Shown: positions 38,797 to 51,643 of the stretch, in pieces
How the letters are laid out: each line of letters opens with the position of its first letter
Numbering within the stretch: position 1 is the first letter of the stretch
From: Yuukianura sp. NJ FZ-2021
Taxonomy: Eukaryota
Length of the DNA: 64,000 nucleotides
Direction of reading: 5' to 3'
NCBI GenBank assembly: GCA_046563655.1
Contig: CM102284.1
Span: 8,742,001-8,806,000 of the forward strand
Notes under the pieces: model-generated
What the model was told of the DNA's origin: nothing
Databases searched by the model: none
The model's input: the letters and a program-made list of their open reading frames with translations, nothing else
Position numbers and translations under genes: made by a program

Positions 38797-41700
38797 ATTA
38801 ATCGGTTAGAACCACTGCACAGGATAATGAAAGAATAATAATTGACAAACTTCTAAGACTATTCTAATTTCTAATCTATCGTAGTTCTATCAAATCAACA
38901 AAAATAATACTTTAATTATTGGGTCAATTTCAAAATTTACAAATTTCGCGGGATGATTTTGCTTTGCCTAGCCAAAAATAATGTCCGGGTAGTTTCTCGA
39001 TTTTGCTAGCAAAAAGAAGTGTTTTTTTGCGTAGGCAAAGGTTTTGGCTAGCAAAAGCGTGTAACGTGTAAACTGTGTGGCAAAATCTCAAACACGCGCA
39101 TGGCAAAATGACCGATTTTGCCAGCATGCGTGTATTGCCTAGGCAAAACTCTGTCCTGTAAACCGGGCTTCAAGGAATCCATTTCAAATATTCAACTATT
39201 AACTCAAGTTTGAAATATTTTATATTTCAATTTATGTTTTCACCGATTTCGAGTTATGATTGCCATGAATTGGTTCAACTGAAGAGAGATTTTGACAGAT
39301 TGGAGTGATTTAAACGAAACTGAGGCTGATTGTGTCCAATTTCAAGAGGAATTTGATGAGAGGGAGATTGGATTCAGTTGCCAAAGGATTGTGGATCAAG
39401 GGCCCTCCATCAACCAACGGAATCCACAATTCCAGTGGAATGGCAACAAAAGACAATCCATAATCCACAATCCACACTCGAATTAAACACTCCACCAATC
39501 ACATGCTCCAATCACATCTCGATCCACTTGAAACAAAATACAAGATTAACCACAAGACATTTAGAATTACACAAAGTATATTTTTAAAAAACAGAACAAG
39601 AATGTTGAGTTTGTTCCAGGTGAGTTAATCCACAGAGGGAAAAATAAGCTTAGAAATTCCACTTGGATGGAACAACAAAAGCAAAAAAGTGGATCTTTTG
39701 AAGAGTCTAAATTATGTTTAATAAAATTAGGATTCAAAGGACCCCTTAAACCCCATTTTCAAAGGGACCCTTAAGGGAACTTTGTTATTTGTGTCTTTTG
39801 TCATTTGATTTAAGCCCTCTGTAGCCAACGCTTTTGAATCCAACACAAAGAACAAGTCTCATGTATTTCCAAAATGGACACTCAAAGGACCAACAAAAAA
39901 TTACACGCAGGTTTCCATTTCTACCGAATTCGCAACGAAATTCAAAATTTTGAAAGTTCCCGCCATTTTGTTGTGGAGTCACGCTGTCTGGTGGGTTTAG
40001 AAGGAAGTTTGAATGGAAGTGTGATGTTTGCTGAATTGTTTTGGACAAAGGTGCTCTGTTCCCCGTGACAAAGGACGATCACATTCTGGGACACTGAAGT
40101 CCCTTAAGGGCCCATTGAGGCCCTTACAAAGACTGGACACACTACAGCATTAGCCTCACTGGCACAATTGACATGAAGAACCGAAGCTAAATGGCAAAGA
40201 CCCAGTGGGACACAAAGGGCCCTCTTATTTATTTTTGAAAAATCCAAGGGAGGGGGCCCTTCGAAGGTGATTCTCTGCAGAATCTTTTGAATTTGGAACA
40301 AAAGCGGAGACACATGAGGTGAAAAGGCCCTTTGTGTAAAGAGAGATCACAAATCCATTCAAAAGACGAGGGAACAACTGCAGCTTCCGCCTCACTTCAA
40401 CCCGCATTACACTCAAACACACTGCAAATCACGATCTGCAAAATTTCACTCGGGAATTTCAAATTGCAAGCATCAGTGAAGGAATTGCAGCACAATTTGG
40501 AGAAAGTTGAGAGAAAGTTTTCACTTTTTGTGAATTAAAAATGGAGTCGGTGGGAACCGTTGAACTTTGAATTGAATTTTTTCCCGGGTGAATTCAAACT
40601 GAGACTGAAAATACCCGGGAGTTTTTCCTCCTTCGACCTGAACCCATCATCTCTTTGTTGAGTTAACAATGCGAGAGAGATGCATTAGGAGAGAATGGAT
40701 GTTGGATGGACATTTGAAAGAGAGGCTAATGGACCCCACAAAAGAAAATCCAAATGGAAACACAATCAATCGAATCTCCAAATTCCAAAACACAAATCAA
40801 AATATGAGCTGCTTTTTTTTAAAAAACACTCACCTTTCAATTTTGAAATTTCAGAAAGTGTGTTTTAAAATTCCAACGTTGAAATGGAACTTGTCTTTCC
40901 TATTTTAGTCTTGTGAGTGTTTGATAAGTTTGCAAAATGAGAGAAAAGAAAGCAGAAGCTGAATGAGGTGGAGATTGGTGTTAATTGAAGTTTCGCTTAA
41001 TTAACTTTTGTTCACTTTTAATTAACTCGCAATTCAACAATTCCCGCTTTCTTGCGGAATTCAAAGACTTTGGACTGAGATTGTGTGGAATTAAGAATTA
41101 AGTGGGCTTTTCACACCTCTAATTACAAAGACTTCCACTGGACTTACAATGGAGTTTCAGAGGGAAATTCAAAGTTTCATTTGGGGGGACTTTGATTCGA
41201 AAGGAAGTTTGGAGAGGCCCTTGAAGTGCCCCCTGCCTCTTCCTTTGCTCCAGTAATTGAGACAACCATCTTCCGAGGGGCCATTGTTCTCCACACAACT
41301 TCCAAGACAATCCCACCTCTGAAACAAAGCAGCCACCACCCACCGCCCCGCCTCAAACTAAACACATCGTGTAATGGGAAATACACACAGCATATGGAAA
41401 ACAATAGACAGCATGTGGGTCAAATCACGACAAAACACACGCCAGATGCAGAGACAAAGAAAACAATTTACACAGAAATTACTTCTTTCGTGGATCAGAA
41501 TCCAAAGTTCACACTTTCCCTCTAATGAGAAAATTTGAGTCAAAGGGCCCAGGTACCTTCAAGGGTACTTCCAAGGGCCCTTAGATGCACAAAAGAAAAG
41601 CAATGTCCATTTGACTCCTTTGTTTTCTCTTTCGAATCAAAAGAAAAGGTGTGATTTAATTCAAATGCAAAAGAAGCATCTTCAACTGCATCTGCATTCT

Positions 41701-44090
41701 GTGTGAAACTGCCCCAGGCATTCACACACTCAAAGTCAAAGGCTTTAATCCACAATGCAGTTTTCTCAGAATCAAAACTGAAATTTTGAAACTTTTTTTT
41801 TTGAAAAAGTGGAAATGTGTTTGAAATGAATGTGCAGTTGGTGGAAGCATTGAAAAGAAAAGAGTGTGAGACTAATGCGTTTGGTTTCATTGTTGATCCA
41901 CTCAATTGAAACTGAATCCACTTTATGAGAAACTGTTTCCCCAAAACAGAAAACAGAACTTATGGATTTCCAGGGGGGCCCTTAGCCACGCCCTGCGTCC
42001 CTTCAACTCCAAATCACTTATGTAATAACATTCATTGGATCCATAAATTTCAGTTGTCATTTTGGATTTTAGGAAGAAAAGATGCACTCTGTCACAACAA
42101 AAGCACAACGAATGTCACTCTCCGCTCACAATTCATCTCCACTTCTGATTGGACATTCGGATGACACAGAGAGAAAGGCGGGAATTGTTACAAAACCGAA
42201 ATTCGGTTTTGTCAAGTGGACCAATCTGTCACTTAATTCAGACGAAGGGTCCCTTGACCCTTGACACAAAACTAACGACACTCCATTCCTCAGAATTCGA
42301 CAGAAAGCGGCAAATCGACTGCAAACTCAACATTTACTTTTGAAGTGAACAAGATGTAAGTTTGAAGGGGTGACGAAAGGAAGTGGATGATTTTGCAGAA
42401 TCCGAAATGCGGGTAGAATCGGTGCGTCCAGTGTTTAGGCGGGAGACAGCCTTAATAAATTGAAAAGTGTCAGGCGGGGAAATTTGAAATATGAATTTGG
42501 CGACATTTCATCCTGTCAAGCGACGAGCAGAAGAAGAGAATGAAAGCACTTTCTCCGCTTTCACTCAAATTCCACGCAGAGAGCGGAGATGGCAGAAATG
42601 ATTTATTACCAATACACTCGTCAAGCACGGAAAACAGCACAAGACAGCCAAATTCAAATTAAACGATTTTTACTCCAAGTTAAAAGATAGCACGTTCTGA
42701 ACATGGTGACCTTGACATGGTTGACCTTTGACCTCCGAAGGGATCGTTGACAGTTTGACCTGGAGGGGACTGTCACCTTAATTCCATTTTCCACCTGCTT
42801 CCAAGGGACACTTAGAGGCCCTTAAGGACGATTATTCATGTAAGCACAATCCACCTTGATTATGTCTGACACAATCCACAATTTAATCCAATCACAAAAC
42901 ACTTTTTAAAAAAGTGGAGGAAGGTCAAAGGTCAAGCATAATTTACAATCAAAAGCTCCATGAAATTTGGACGTTGCTTCCGATGGGAACTCTTGTTCAC
43001 TTCCAGTTGAACCTCCAAAAGACTTTTGAATTTGAAAAGTCTTGGAGTGGGCCCTTGAAGGGCTGTTGTGATTTCGAATGCAAAAAGACGAAGATCGGAA
43101 GGTGAAGTGAGCAAAGGGACCGTGGAAATGCTGGTCGTTTGTTCCACTTGACTGTTGAAAGTGCATTCTGCTTGAGTGGACTCTTTCTGGACACTTAATT
43201 CTGATTACGTAATTAAGTACCCCCCAAAAGAACATTCGGAGGGGGGACTTCGGAGGGAACTCAAAAATAACACTTCAACTCTCAGCAGAAACCAAAAGAA
43301 TCCCACGGATTTTCCCACGCATTCCTCAAATTCCTCCGTTCACACAAAAAACAACAAAATATTTTCAAAAATATTCTTGGGAAAAGAGAAAGTATTTTTT
43401 CCCAGCTTTGCACTTCAAGATCTTCATAAAAATTTTCATTTCATTTTGAAGTTGATTTCATTTTTTGAAAAGATGCGTCTCCCTTCTGGAATTTCTGAAT
43501 CGTGAGAATGGTGATTTCGGGAGAGATGAAAGTGGCCACCAACAGAGAGTGTCACTTGGAATGGAAGGTCATCCAGAGGTCACAGTGGACACTGTTTCAT
43601 TTGAATTCAAATGAAAAATGAATTGTGTCAGGATGGTCTTCCCACAATGGACACAATTCCAATTCTTCCTTAATTCAACCATAACAATGACAATCACAAG
43701 TGAAGGACACTCCATCAACCAACGTCCAAAAAACACACTAAACATTCAAAATGTATCTCAATTTCAATCTTCAAAAAACGAAATTCAAAGACGTTTTTGA
43801 AAAACAGGTTCTGGAAGTTGGACTTTCTTCTGAGCAAAGTTAAAGAAAGCAACATAAATTCATTCTGTTTGAAAAAGGTGCTTGGGAGCAAGAAAATTTA
43901 GTTTGTGTGTCCATTGTTGTTCAAACAAAGTTCAGAAAAGTTGGAAAACAAGGAAAGAAGGATTTATGGACTTTCGATGCAAAAGTTAGCAGAAAAGGAA
44001 AAGTTTTGGAAAATCCAGAAAAGAAATAAAACATTCCATTCTTCATCTTCTGAATTCCACACAAAGTCCATCAAAGAAAGAAGGAGAAAG

Positions 44091-44163
44091 TCCACAATCC
44101 ATTCGAATCCACAATCCATTCGAATCCACAATCCATTCGAATCCACAATCCATTCGAATCCAC
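44091..44163. repeat. 17-bp minisatellite TCCACAATCCATTCGAA x4 (x3 in the mirror copy at 52410-52465)
   Basis: Direct reading of both arms. Confidence 0.9.
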
Positions 44164-44938
44164 CGAACCAAAGTGAGGGAATTTTCAAAAGTTAATCACA
44201 ATGACCTTCGCTTTTCAAATTTCTTAACTTTGGAGAACAGAGAAAGCAGAAGAATGAAATGAAATGGAAAACTTTCGAATCCAAACAGAATTTTCCTTTT
44301 CGTAAACAAAAGTTCAAAAACTTTTCTTTTCATGAAAAACCATAATTCAAAGTTTAAATTTTGAGTTGATTCTTTTGTTTCAAAAAACAAAACCCAGCGC
44401 AGAACTTTCCAAAGAAGAACAAAAGTGGAATTCATAAAATTAGTTTTGTTCTGGAGAGAAAATTCCAATTAAATCAATTCAACTCTGCGGAAGATTCTCT
44501 TTATTTTCTCTCTTCTGATTCGTCCATCGCTTTCACCGCCAAAACTCAAATCTTTTGTGTTTTTTCTTCATAAAAAGCACTAATGCTTTGATGTGAAGTG
44601 AATGTTGGCGTGTATCGTGTGTTAAATGGGCTGTCATGTCAGTCCAGACTCCACTTCATCCATGCAGCCATTTATCTCCAGCATCCTTCATATCAAAAAC
44701 TCACAACATTCTCAATTTCAGTCTGCAGATTTCAAAATCCAAAAACATTTTGATCTAAGTTGTTCTGGAGGAATTTCGAAATGTTTTTAGTTTCAACTTT
44801 TCTTAAATTGTAATCAGATTTTGTTTTAAGTGGATTCGATTGTTTGACTCCCTCCGTCGAACCTTGATGGTCTGAAGGGCGTCTCGCACGGTTAGTTTTG
44901 TGGAGGGTGCAGTTGTCTGGGTGCAGAAGATCTGGTTA

Positions 44939-45017
44939 CCGTAAAACTTCTAATAAAATCTCTCCCCCATAAAAATTTCTTAAAGGATGCAAGGGGCCTC
45001 TAATATTACTTTTACGG
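44939..45017. mobile_element. 79-bp TA-flanked MITE remnant (Tc1/mariner-pogo type ends)
   Basis: TA|CCGTAAAA ... TTTTACGG|TA; absent from the mirror position (about 51625-51640); a similar end TACCGTAAAACTTCT occurs at about 24257. Confidence 0.6.
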
Positions 45018-45374
45018 TAATGACGGCTGGTCGAAGTGAATTGTCTCTGAGTTGAGAGGCGGTTGACATTCTATTTGATGCAAACCACAAAAGATCTCAA
45101 GTGACAATCGGAGTCTCGTGATTGATTCAATCCAACAATTTCTAAAGACATTTAAATCTCATCCGCCTCAGCTCCAGTAATCACAAAAACACAAAGGAAA
45201 ACGGGATCTGAAGAGTCACTCGATTAAAAAAGTAAAAAAAATCGAAAAAAAGCTGCTTGGTCACTTCAGAATTGATAAAAAAATGGATTCTAACATTTCT
45301 GCTGTTTTCCTCCATTTCTCTCCGGTTTCAGACCAGAATGAGAGTGTACCTTGATGTTAGGCTGAGGTGTATGT

Positions 45375-45541
45375 AGTTGTAAGAGCCCTTAAGGGCCGAT
45401 TAGAGTCCCTTTGACAAAGATCCTAAACAAAGGTCACATTCCTCCAGTGACCTCTTCCTTAAGTCCCTCCAAAAAACAACGACGCCAAGCTGGCTGGGAC
45501 ACTTCCAAGGGCCCCCTTGGGCAAAGTACTCACAAAAGACA
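45375..45541. promoter_or_regulatory. Conserved non-coding element, left copy (candidate enhancer)
   Basis: Near-identical reverse complement of 50671-50836 while both flanks are diverged; contains ACAAAG Sox/TCF-type words and CCCTTAAGGG. Confidence 0.6.
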
Positions 45542-48500
45542 GTAGAATTCCACAAAAATCTAACTAAGAAACTCCACGTTTTCAGTTTTTATTTTAATTT
45601 GAATTCAAATTCAAACAACATCATCATTACTTTCTCTCATTTTCCGTTTTCTGTCCCATTTTCTATTCAAACTTTTGTTAAAATTGAAAAAAGAAGAGAA
45701 CGTTATTGTAATTTGGAAGCTGCTTTCTCTTCCATTTCTGCTTTCTTTTCCTTCGGATTCTTCTGCTATCTTTTCCTTTAGGATTCTTTTGCTTTCTTTC
45801 CATTTCCATTGTAAAGTTCCATTTGTGCTGGATTTGTATTTTTGAGGAAAGAGGTTCCTTTGTGCTTGCTTTCTGCCTAGGTGCCTTTGGAATTGTAAAC
45901 TTTCTCTTTTTCTCGTCATCATCCTCAGGAGAAAGAAAAAAGAAAAGAGGAGGACAATGGGATGCGCAGTCTCTGGCTCACAACACGCTTTCTCTCCCTC
46001 CATCTTCTCTTTTTAGACGCAACAAAAAGCAGAAAAGAAGAAAAAAGAGAAAGTAAAAGTAAAAAAACAACAATGGGAAGCTCTTCCTTCTCTTCCTATA
46101 CAAAAACATACTCTACCTGGATCCACATCTCATCAGCACATTCGCACAACTTTTCTTGATTAGTTTTTTTCTTCTTCTTTTCAATTCTTCTTTCGTTTCA
46201 TTGTAGTTTGTCTTCTTTTGTTGAAAAACGAGCCTGGAACTACTGGAATTACAACGTTAATTTTAATGAAGGTTTCAAATTTTTACACAATTGAAAATTT
46301 TGAAAAAAAAAAGCTGTTGGAGGAAGGTTAACGACCAATTTTAGGTTAAATGGAAGCAATTTGATGTAATTGTGTTTAAATTGGAGCAATAAAGAGGAAG
46401 TTGGTTTTCCTCTCTTCTTTTGTTGGCAGAGAAGAGAACAATTGAAATTGGACTTTGGGAGGAAATAGGTTAGGTTGTTAGGTTAAAGTTAGGTTGTAAA
46501 TGGTTCCAACTGTTGATTGTTTACGATGTGATAAACGGCATGTTCTTTGATTTTAGTACAACTTTATGACTCCATCAATTCAACAACTAAAAATTTCAGA
46601 GTCCATCGCCTGTTGTTCAAACCCAAAAATTTTCATGCTCCAGAGATGAAAAACGAAGACATTTTTGAAATCCCTCTTTGTTTTTTGGATTGTGTGAAAA
46701 TAATGGGATCTTTGCTGAGCTGAACAATTGAGGTGACAGAAAACTCTTTTTTGAAAAATTGAATTGAAAAGAAAGGAGTTGTGGAGATAAAGGGGAGAAA
46801 AGTTCCATTTTCTGGTGAAAGTTGAAAGGAAAGTGAAGTGGGGATTAGAAAGGACTCTCCCTGGAGTTGACATCTCACTAGCCACTCACTCTTCAACAGG
46901 CGCCCTCCTTTTTTCAAAATTTCGGTTTTTTAAAAAGTTCAAAAAAAGTTTTCTCCTTTCACCAATTGTCAAACAGACAAAGTTTGTTCAAAACACTCAA
47001 AACATCAATTTCCAAAAAAAAATGAGAAAAAGAATGGAAAAAGTTTGAAGTGACTGGATAACGCATGAGATGCGTTTGAAAAACTTTACAGCTGAACAGT
47101 TTTCAAAAATCAGGTTAAAAACAAATTCAAAAATTTTGTTTCGAAAACTTTTCTTATACATGTGCGGGGATCTTCCAAAACTAATTTTAAAACTCAAAAT
47201 TCGTATGATTGAATCTAATTTTTTTTCATTCGACGTTTAGAAAAACACAAAAAGTGAAAGTCATGCTGCCATTTTAGAAAAAAATCCAAGTCATTTTCAC
47301 TGTTAAAAAGAAGAACTGTGAGACAGAATTCTTTTGTTCTTCAAATCTTTTGTTTTCTCTTCACTCCTGCTCTTTCTCACCAAAAAAAGTTTCAGTTTAG
47401 TTTTTTGTGAAATTTTGAACCATTTCCAAGTTCATTTTTCTTGTGGTCCAGTAGGTTTCTCATGCTGAGAATCCTAAACTTAATTAAAACGTCAGTAACG
47501 CCACGTTTCATGGACATCACACATTCAACATTTACAAAAACACAAATGTACACTTGGAATGATGCAATTTGAAAACAACCGCAGAGAAACAGCAGGTATT
47601 TCAGCTACTGAATTCAACAGAATCCTGCTTCCTCCTCAGACTAAATTGGGATCATGACTTGGAAATTCTTTTGGAAATGGAATCTACTCTTCCTTTGTTT
47701 GGCTGTTGTGACCAGTAGCTTCTCAAAAATAAACTTTTTTCATTCCCACAAGCGTCCAAATGCTCAAATGATTGTTCCATCTTGATTCAGCACTTTTCAG
47801 TTTCAACATAACATAACAATGGGTTAATGAAACAGCAGACGAACAACCGTTGGGGACAAGAAACCATTTTGCTTCGAATCCATCCGATTCGGACCTTGAT
47901 TACGACTTTTTCATTTTTTAAAACTTTTTTTCTTTTTAGAAAAACCGGTTTTGTTCCAAAAAAGAATGGAGTTGAATAAGAATTGAATCCATTCGAATGA
48001 TGAAATGGGCATTTCTTTTGTTCTGGTTCACTCAATGTGTGTGGGAGTAAAGAGAAGCCATTAGAACAAGAACCAGTTTAACCCCCCTTCAATTTCCTAA
48101 TTGAAATTTTAATCACCCGCCACTTTCACTTGAGAGAAAGTCAATTGTGCAGAAGGGGGAGGACAAAGGAAGGGGTGACCTTACCCCCACTTGACCCCTC
48201 ACGTTTGATCCCCCTCGAACCCCGCAACCCCCTCACTTTTGATCCCCTGAACCCCGCAACCCCACAAGTATCACGACACAATCCTCCTCTCTTTTCCAGA
48301 AACTAATTTGAACCAAGTTCATTTCCTTGTGGAGGTGGACACTCTTTGTGTGGGAAATTGAAGGAGGGCCCTTGAAGGGCTTCTGCCTCACCTCCATTGT
48401 CCACTCAATTAAGACACTCCTAAGGGCTCCCATTTCAAAATACACGCTCATTCTTGTTCAGTCACTAATTACTAATTAACGCACCACTTAATTACAAAGT

Positions 48501-50235
48501 TACTTTTGAATTAACTTTGAGTAATTTGAAATTAGAGTTGTTATGATTTGTGGGTGGGGGTTGGGGGCGTGTCCTCGGAGAAAGCTTTTCCGTGTGTCCA
48601 AATGGACTTTCTCCTGCTGACCACGCCCCTTTTCTTTGTCTGTCCCTTGGCCACGCCCACGTACACTTAAAGTCACTTAAGGGCCCCCCAACGTGTTGAC
48701 TCTACTTCCGGTATAATCTGATTTATAACAAACAGAAAACAAAAATAATCCACTAGCCACAACTTTCTTCCAAAATTTTTCAAAATTTGAGTATGTACTG
48801 GAACCAGAAAATGTAAAAACATAAAACTTTTTTTTACGTTTTAGTATAAAAAGTTTCCAGTTTCAAAAACCTTTTCAAAATTTCAGAAAAACAAGTTTGA
48901 GTTTTGTGAAGCGTATTTAATTTGTTCTAAATTAAGAGATTTACATTTTTTTTTCATTCTCGATGCTCGTTATCTCACCTGAGCTCACTTCGAGCTCTTT
49001 TTTTCCTTGTGAAACCCTAGAAAAAAGGACTTTTTAAAAGTCTAATTCTGAATTTGTAAATTCTAAATTCTAAAAAAATGTGAAAAGAGTCATTGAGTCA
49101 AATCGGAATTGGTTCTAAGCTTTCTCCTCTCTAATCCCTCTTCTTCCCCTCTCTCGACTAAAGCTAACAAGGCACAACCAAAACTCTCTATTTTTCTTCT
49201 CTTTCAAATCAACTTTCTCTTTTTACTTTTTTTCAACCTCATTATTCCAATGGATAATGAGAGTGTTAAGGCTTCACGGATTTTAGCCGGGAATTAACTT
49301 TTTTTAAAAACTCTTTTTAAAAAAAGTAAAATTCTCATTAAAAACAGTTTCTTTTTTTTTATTACAACCAAACTTTTCACTCTTTTCTAACTTTAGACAG
49401 AAACAAGGCGAATATCGAAAGAAAAGTTTTCCAAAATTTTTAAATTAGCAAAATTTCGAAAATGAGTTCAAAATTTGTAAACTCCGCCTTTTGAGTTTTC
49501 TAGGCGTGTGATTGAACAAGAGCGTTCCTGAAAATCCAAGTGGGTGAGCTTTTTTCTTTCTCGGTGTGTCAAATTCCTCCCTTTTGTTCTTTTTTTTTCT
49601 TGCGTCCAGACGCTAGGATTCGATCACACTCCCATTGTTCTCGAGAAACCAAGCCATGAAATGTGGAGCACACGAACAATACAGTTAAACATGTAATAAA
49701 AATAATTAATATAATGTATAATTTAAACAGTTGAGTCATGTTCTGCACTAACTGACCGGAGAGACGCAGCTTAACAATGGAAGTGAAGAGCATATGGATC
49801 CAATTCAGATCGGTTCAAGATGTTTAACTCCTTCAAAGTCAAAATTCAAATGAAACGAGAGACAGTTTGAAAAGCGTCAATTGAAATTTTGAAATGAGAT
49901 CTCTGGTTTATGATTTCATTTCCTCCAAAGCACACAGAACTTGTTTCTTTTCATAAATTTTAAGACTCTTTTGTCATGCAACATACAAAAGACACATTTC
50001 ATTTCAAAATTTCATTTTCACTTATCAAAAACCCCGCTCTCTCCATGGATCTGATTGGATCCATCAAATTCAAAACTTTCACAAAAGATTCAACAATATT
50101 CATAACTCTATTCACTCCTTTTCATTTTTTGAAAATTCAAATTCAGATTTTCAAAAAACTGAAAAATGAATCATAGTGAAAGCTTAGACTCAAATGGACC
50201 AATAACATAATGACCAATTTTACTTTTTTTGCTTC

Positions 50236-50333
50236 TTTTTTTGAAACTGAATGATTTTTGTAGTAAGAGAACCAAAATTTTTTTGAAACTGAATGATTTT
50301 TGTAGTAAAAGAACCAAATTTTTTTTGAAACTG
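50236..50333. repeat. 42-bp tandem repeat, about 2.3 copies
   Basis: TTGAAACTG starts at 50241, 50283 and 50325. Confidence 0.85.
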
Positions 50334-50670
50334 GCCATTGTTAAGAATGAATTGAACGTTTTGAGTTTTCTCTTTTTGTGACACAAAGAGTAACCTTGCG
50401 GTAAACCTGTCAAAGTTTTCTGTTTTTGTTCTCTCCCGAAATGGTGTGACCTGATTTATTGAAAACTCAGTTTTGTCAATGGATCTTTTTGGAAACACAC
50501 CTTCGTCAGTTCCGCTGGGTTAGCCAAATTCCATTGTTAGTTTCTCCAAAAAGTAAGGTGTTGGAAATGTGTTTTTGGTTCATTCACAGAAACAGATGCC
50601 ATTCCGTTGTCCCTGAACACAAATTCCTCCGAGCCCTTAAGCTCTGTTGGACATGGAATGAAGTGCGGTG

Positions 50671-50836
50671 TGTCCTTTGTGAGTACTTTGCCCGAGGGGG
50701 CCCTTGGAAGTGTCCCAGCCAGCTTGGCGTCGTTGTTTTTTTGGAGGGACTTAAGGAAGAGGTCACTGGAGGAATGTGACCTTTGTTTAGGATCTTTGTC
50801 AAAGGGACTAATCGGCCCTTAAGGGCTCTTACAACT
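50671..50836. promoter_or_regulatory. Conserved non-coding element, right copy (candidate enhancer)
   Basis: Mirror of 45375-45541. Confidence 0.6.
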
Positions 50837-51643
50837 TCTACCTTCAACTACAACTCTCATTCCAGCTAAAAACAGGAGAGAAACAGAGGAATGAGCAGAG
50901 TAGAATGGTGCACATTGTGTTTTTAGATTCAAAATTAAGTGAAATTCCCACACTCATCAAACACGATCTGCTGTCACTTTCTTTCTCTTTGGACAAAAGT
51001 TTCAATTTAAAACACAACTGGACGCGAGATGACCAAGCACTTTGTGCTTGCCAGTATTCAGCATTCTAGAATGCTGAATGCTGTTTGAACAGAACGCCAA
51101 CATTTGGAGAACAATTTAGAAACTGGAGGTTGAATTTAATGATTTGTTTTGGTTTGAATAGACTCTTTGTTTTAGTCTTTTCCATTCTTCTGTCCATTTT
51201 CAAAATCTTTTCAAACTTTTCAAAAACTTTTCATCCAGACTGCTTTTCTTATGCAGAAAATTAATGGAGAAGAAACAATGAAATTCTGGGGGGAGAAATG
51301 GCACAGAACACAAAAGATTTGGAACGCTGCTTTTTGTGTTTTAAAGTGCAACTGATTTATTTTTGGATCGATAAATGACCAAAATGTTCAAATTCAATTT
51401 CGGATTTATTTTTTCTTGGACTCGTTTAATTCGAGTGGCTCTTGAGTCTAATCCAGTTTTTTATTTTTGTGGGTTGCTGCATTTGAAAAGAAGATTTGAA
51501 TCGCTTTAGAAATTGTTTCGACTCAATCAAAACTGAAAAGACTCAACTCGAGATGTTTTGTGGTTTGGATTAAATGTGGATGTCAACCGCCTGTCAACTG
51601 CTCAATCCAATTCACTTCAACCGTCATTATGCATCTACTTTTT

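Larger units (their letters stand above)
35509..39169 (+). mobile_element. Full-length PIF/Harbinger transposon (3661 bp)
   Basis: 17-bp TIR AGCCTGGGTTACAGGAC / AGCCCGGTTTACAGGAC (15/17); 3-bp TSD TCA at 35506-35508 and 39170-39172; empty site TTAACTCAAGGAATCC (reverse complement) at 57381-57396 in the other arm; convergent transposase and MADF genes. Confidence 0.96.
29121..44925. repeat. Left arm of a giant inverted repeat (about 12.1 kb after removing the Harbinger insertion)
   Basis: Reverse complement of 51644-63989 wherever compared; the ORF track shows dozens of mirrored, near-identical spurious ORFs. Confidence 0.97.

Noticed and set aside
39170-44925. Short ORFs conserved between the two arms
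   Set aside because: Conservation reflects the DNA duplication; they show no domains and several are frameshifted between arms.
45600-46200. ORFs in purine/pyrimidine-biased spacer DNA
   Set aside because: Low-complexity K/R/F/S-rich translations with no recognisable domain or exon chain.
46465-46500. TTAGG tract as telomere or fusion scar in the palindrome spacer
   Set aside because: Only a few degenerate units; similar tracts occur in ordinary introns in this window.
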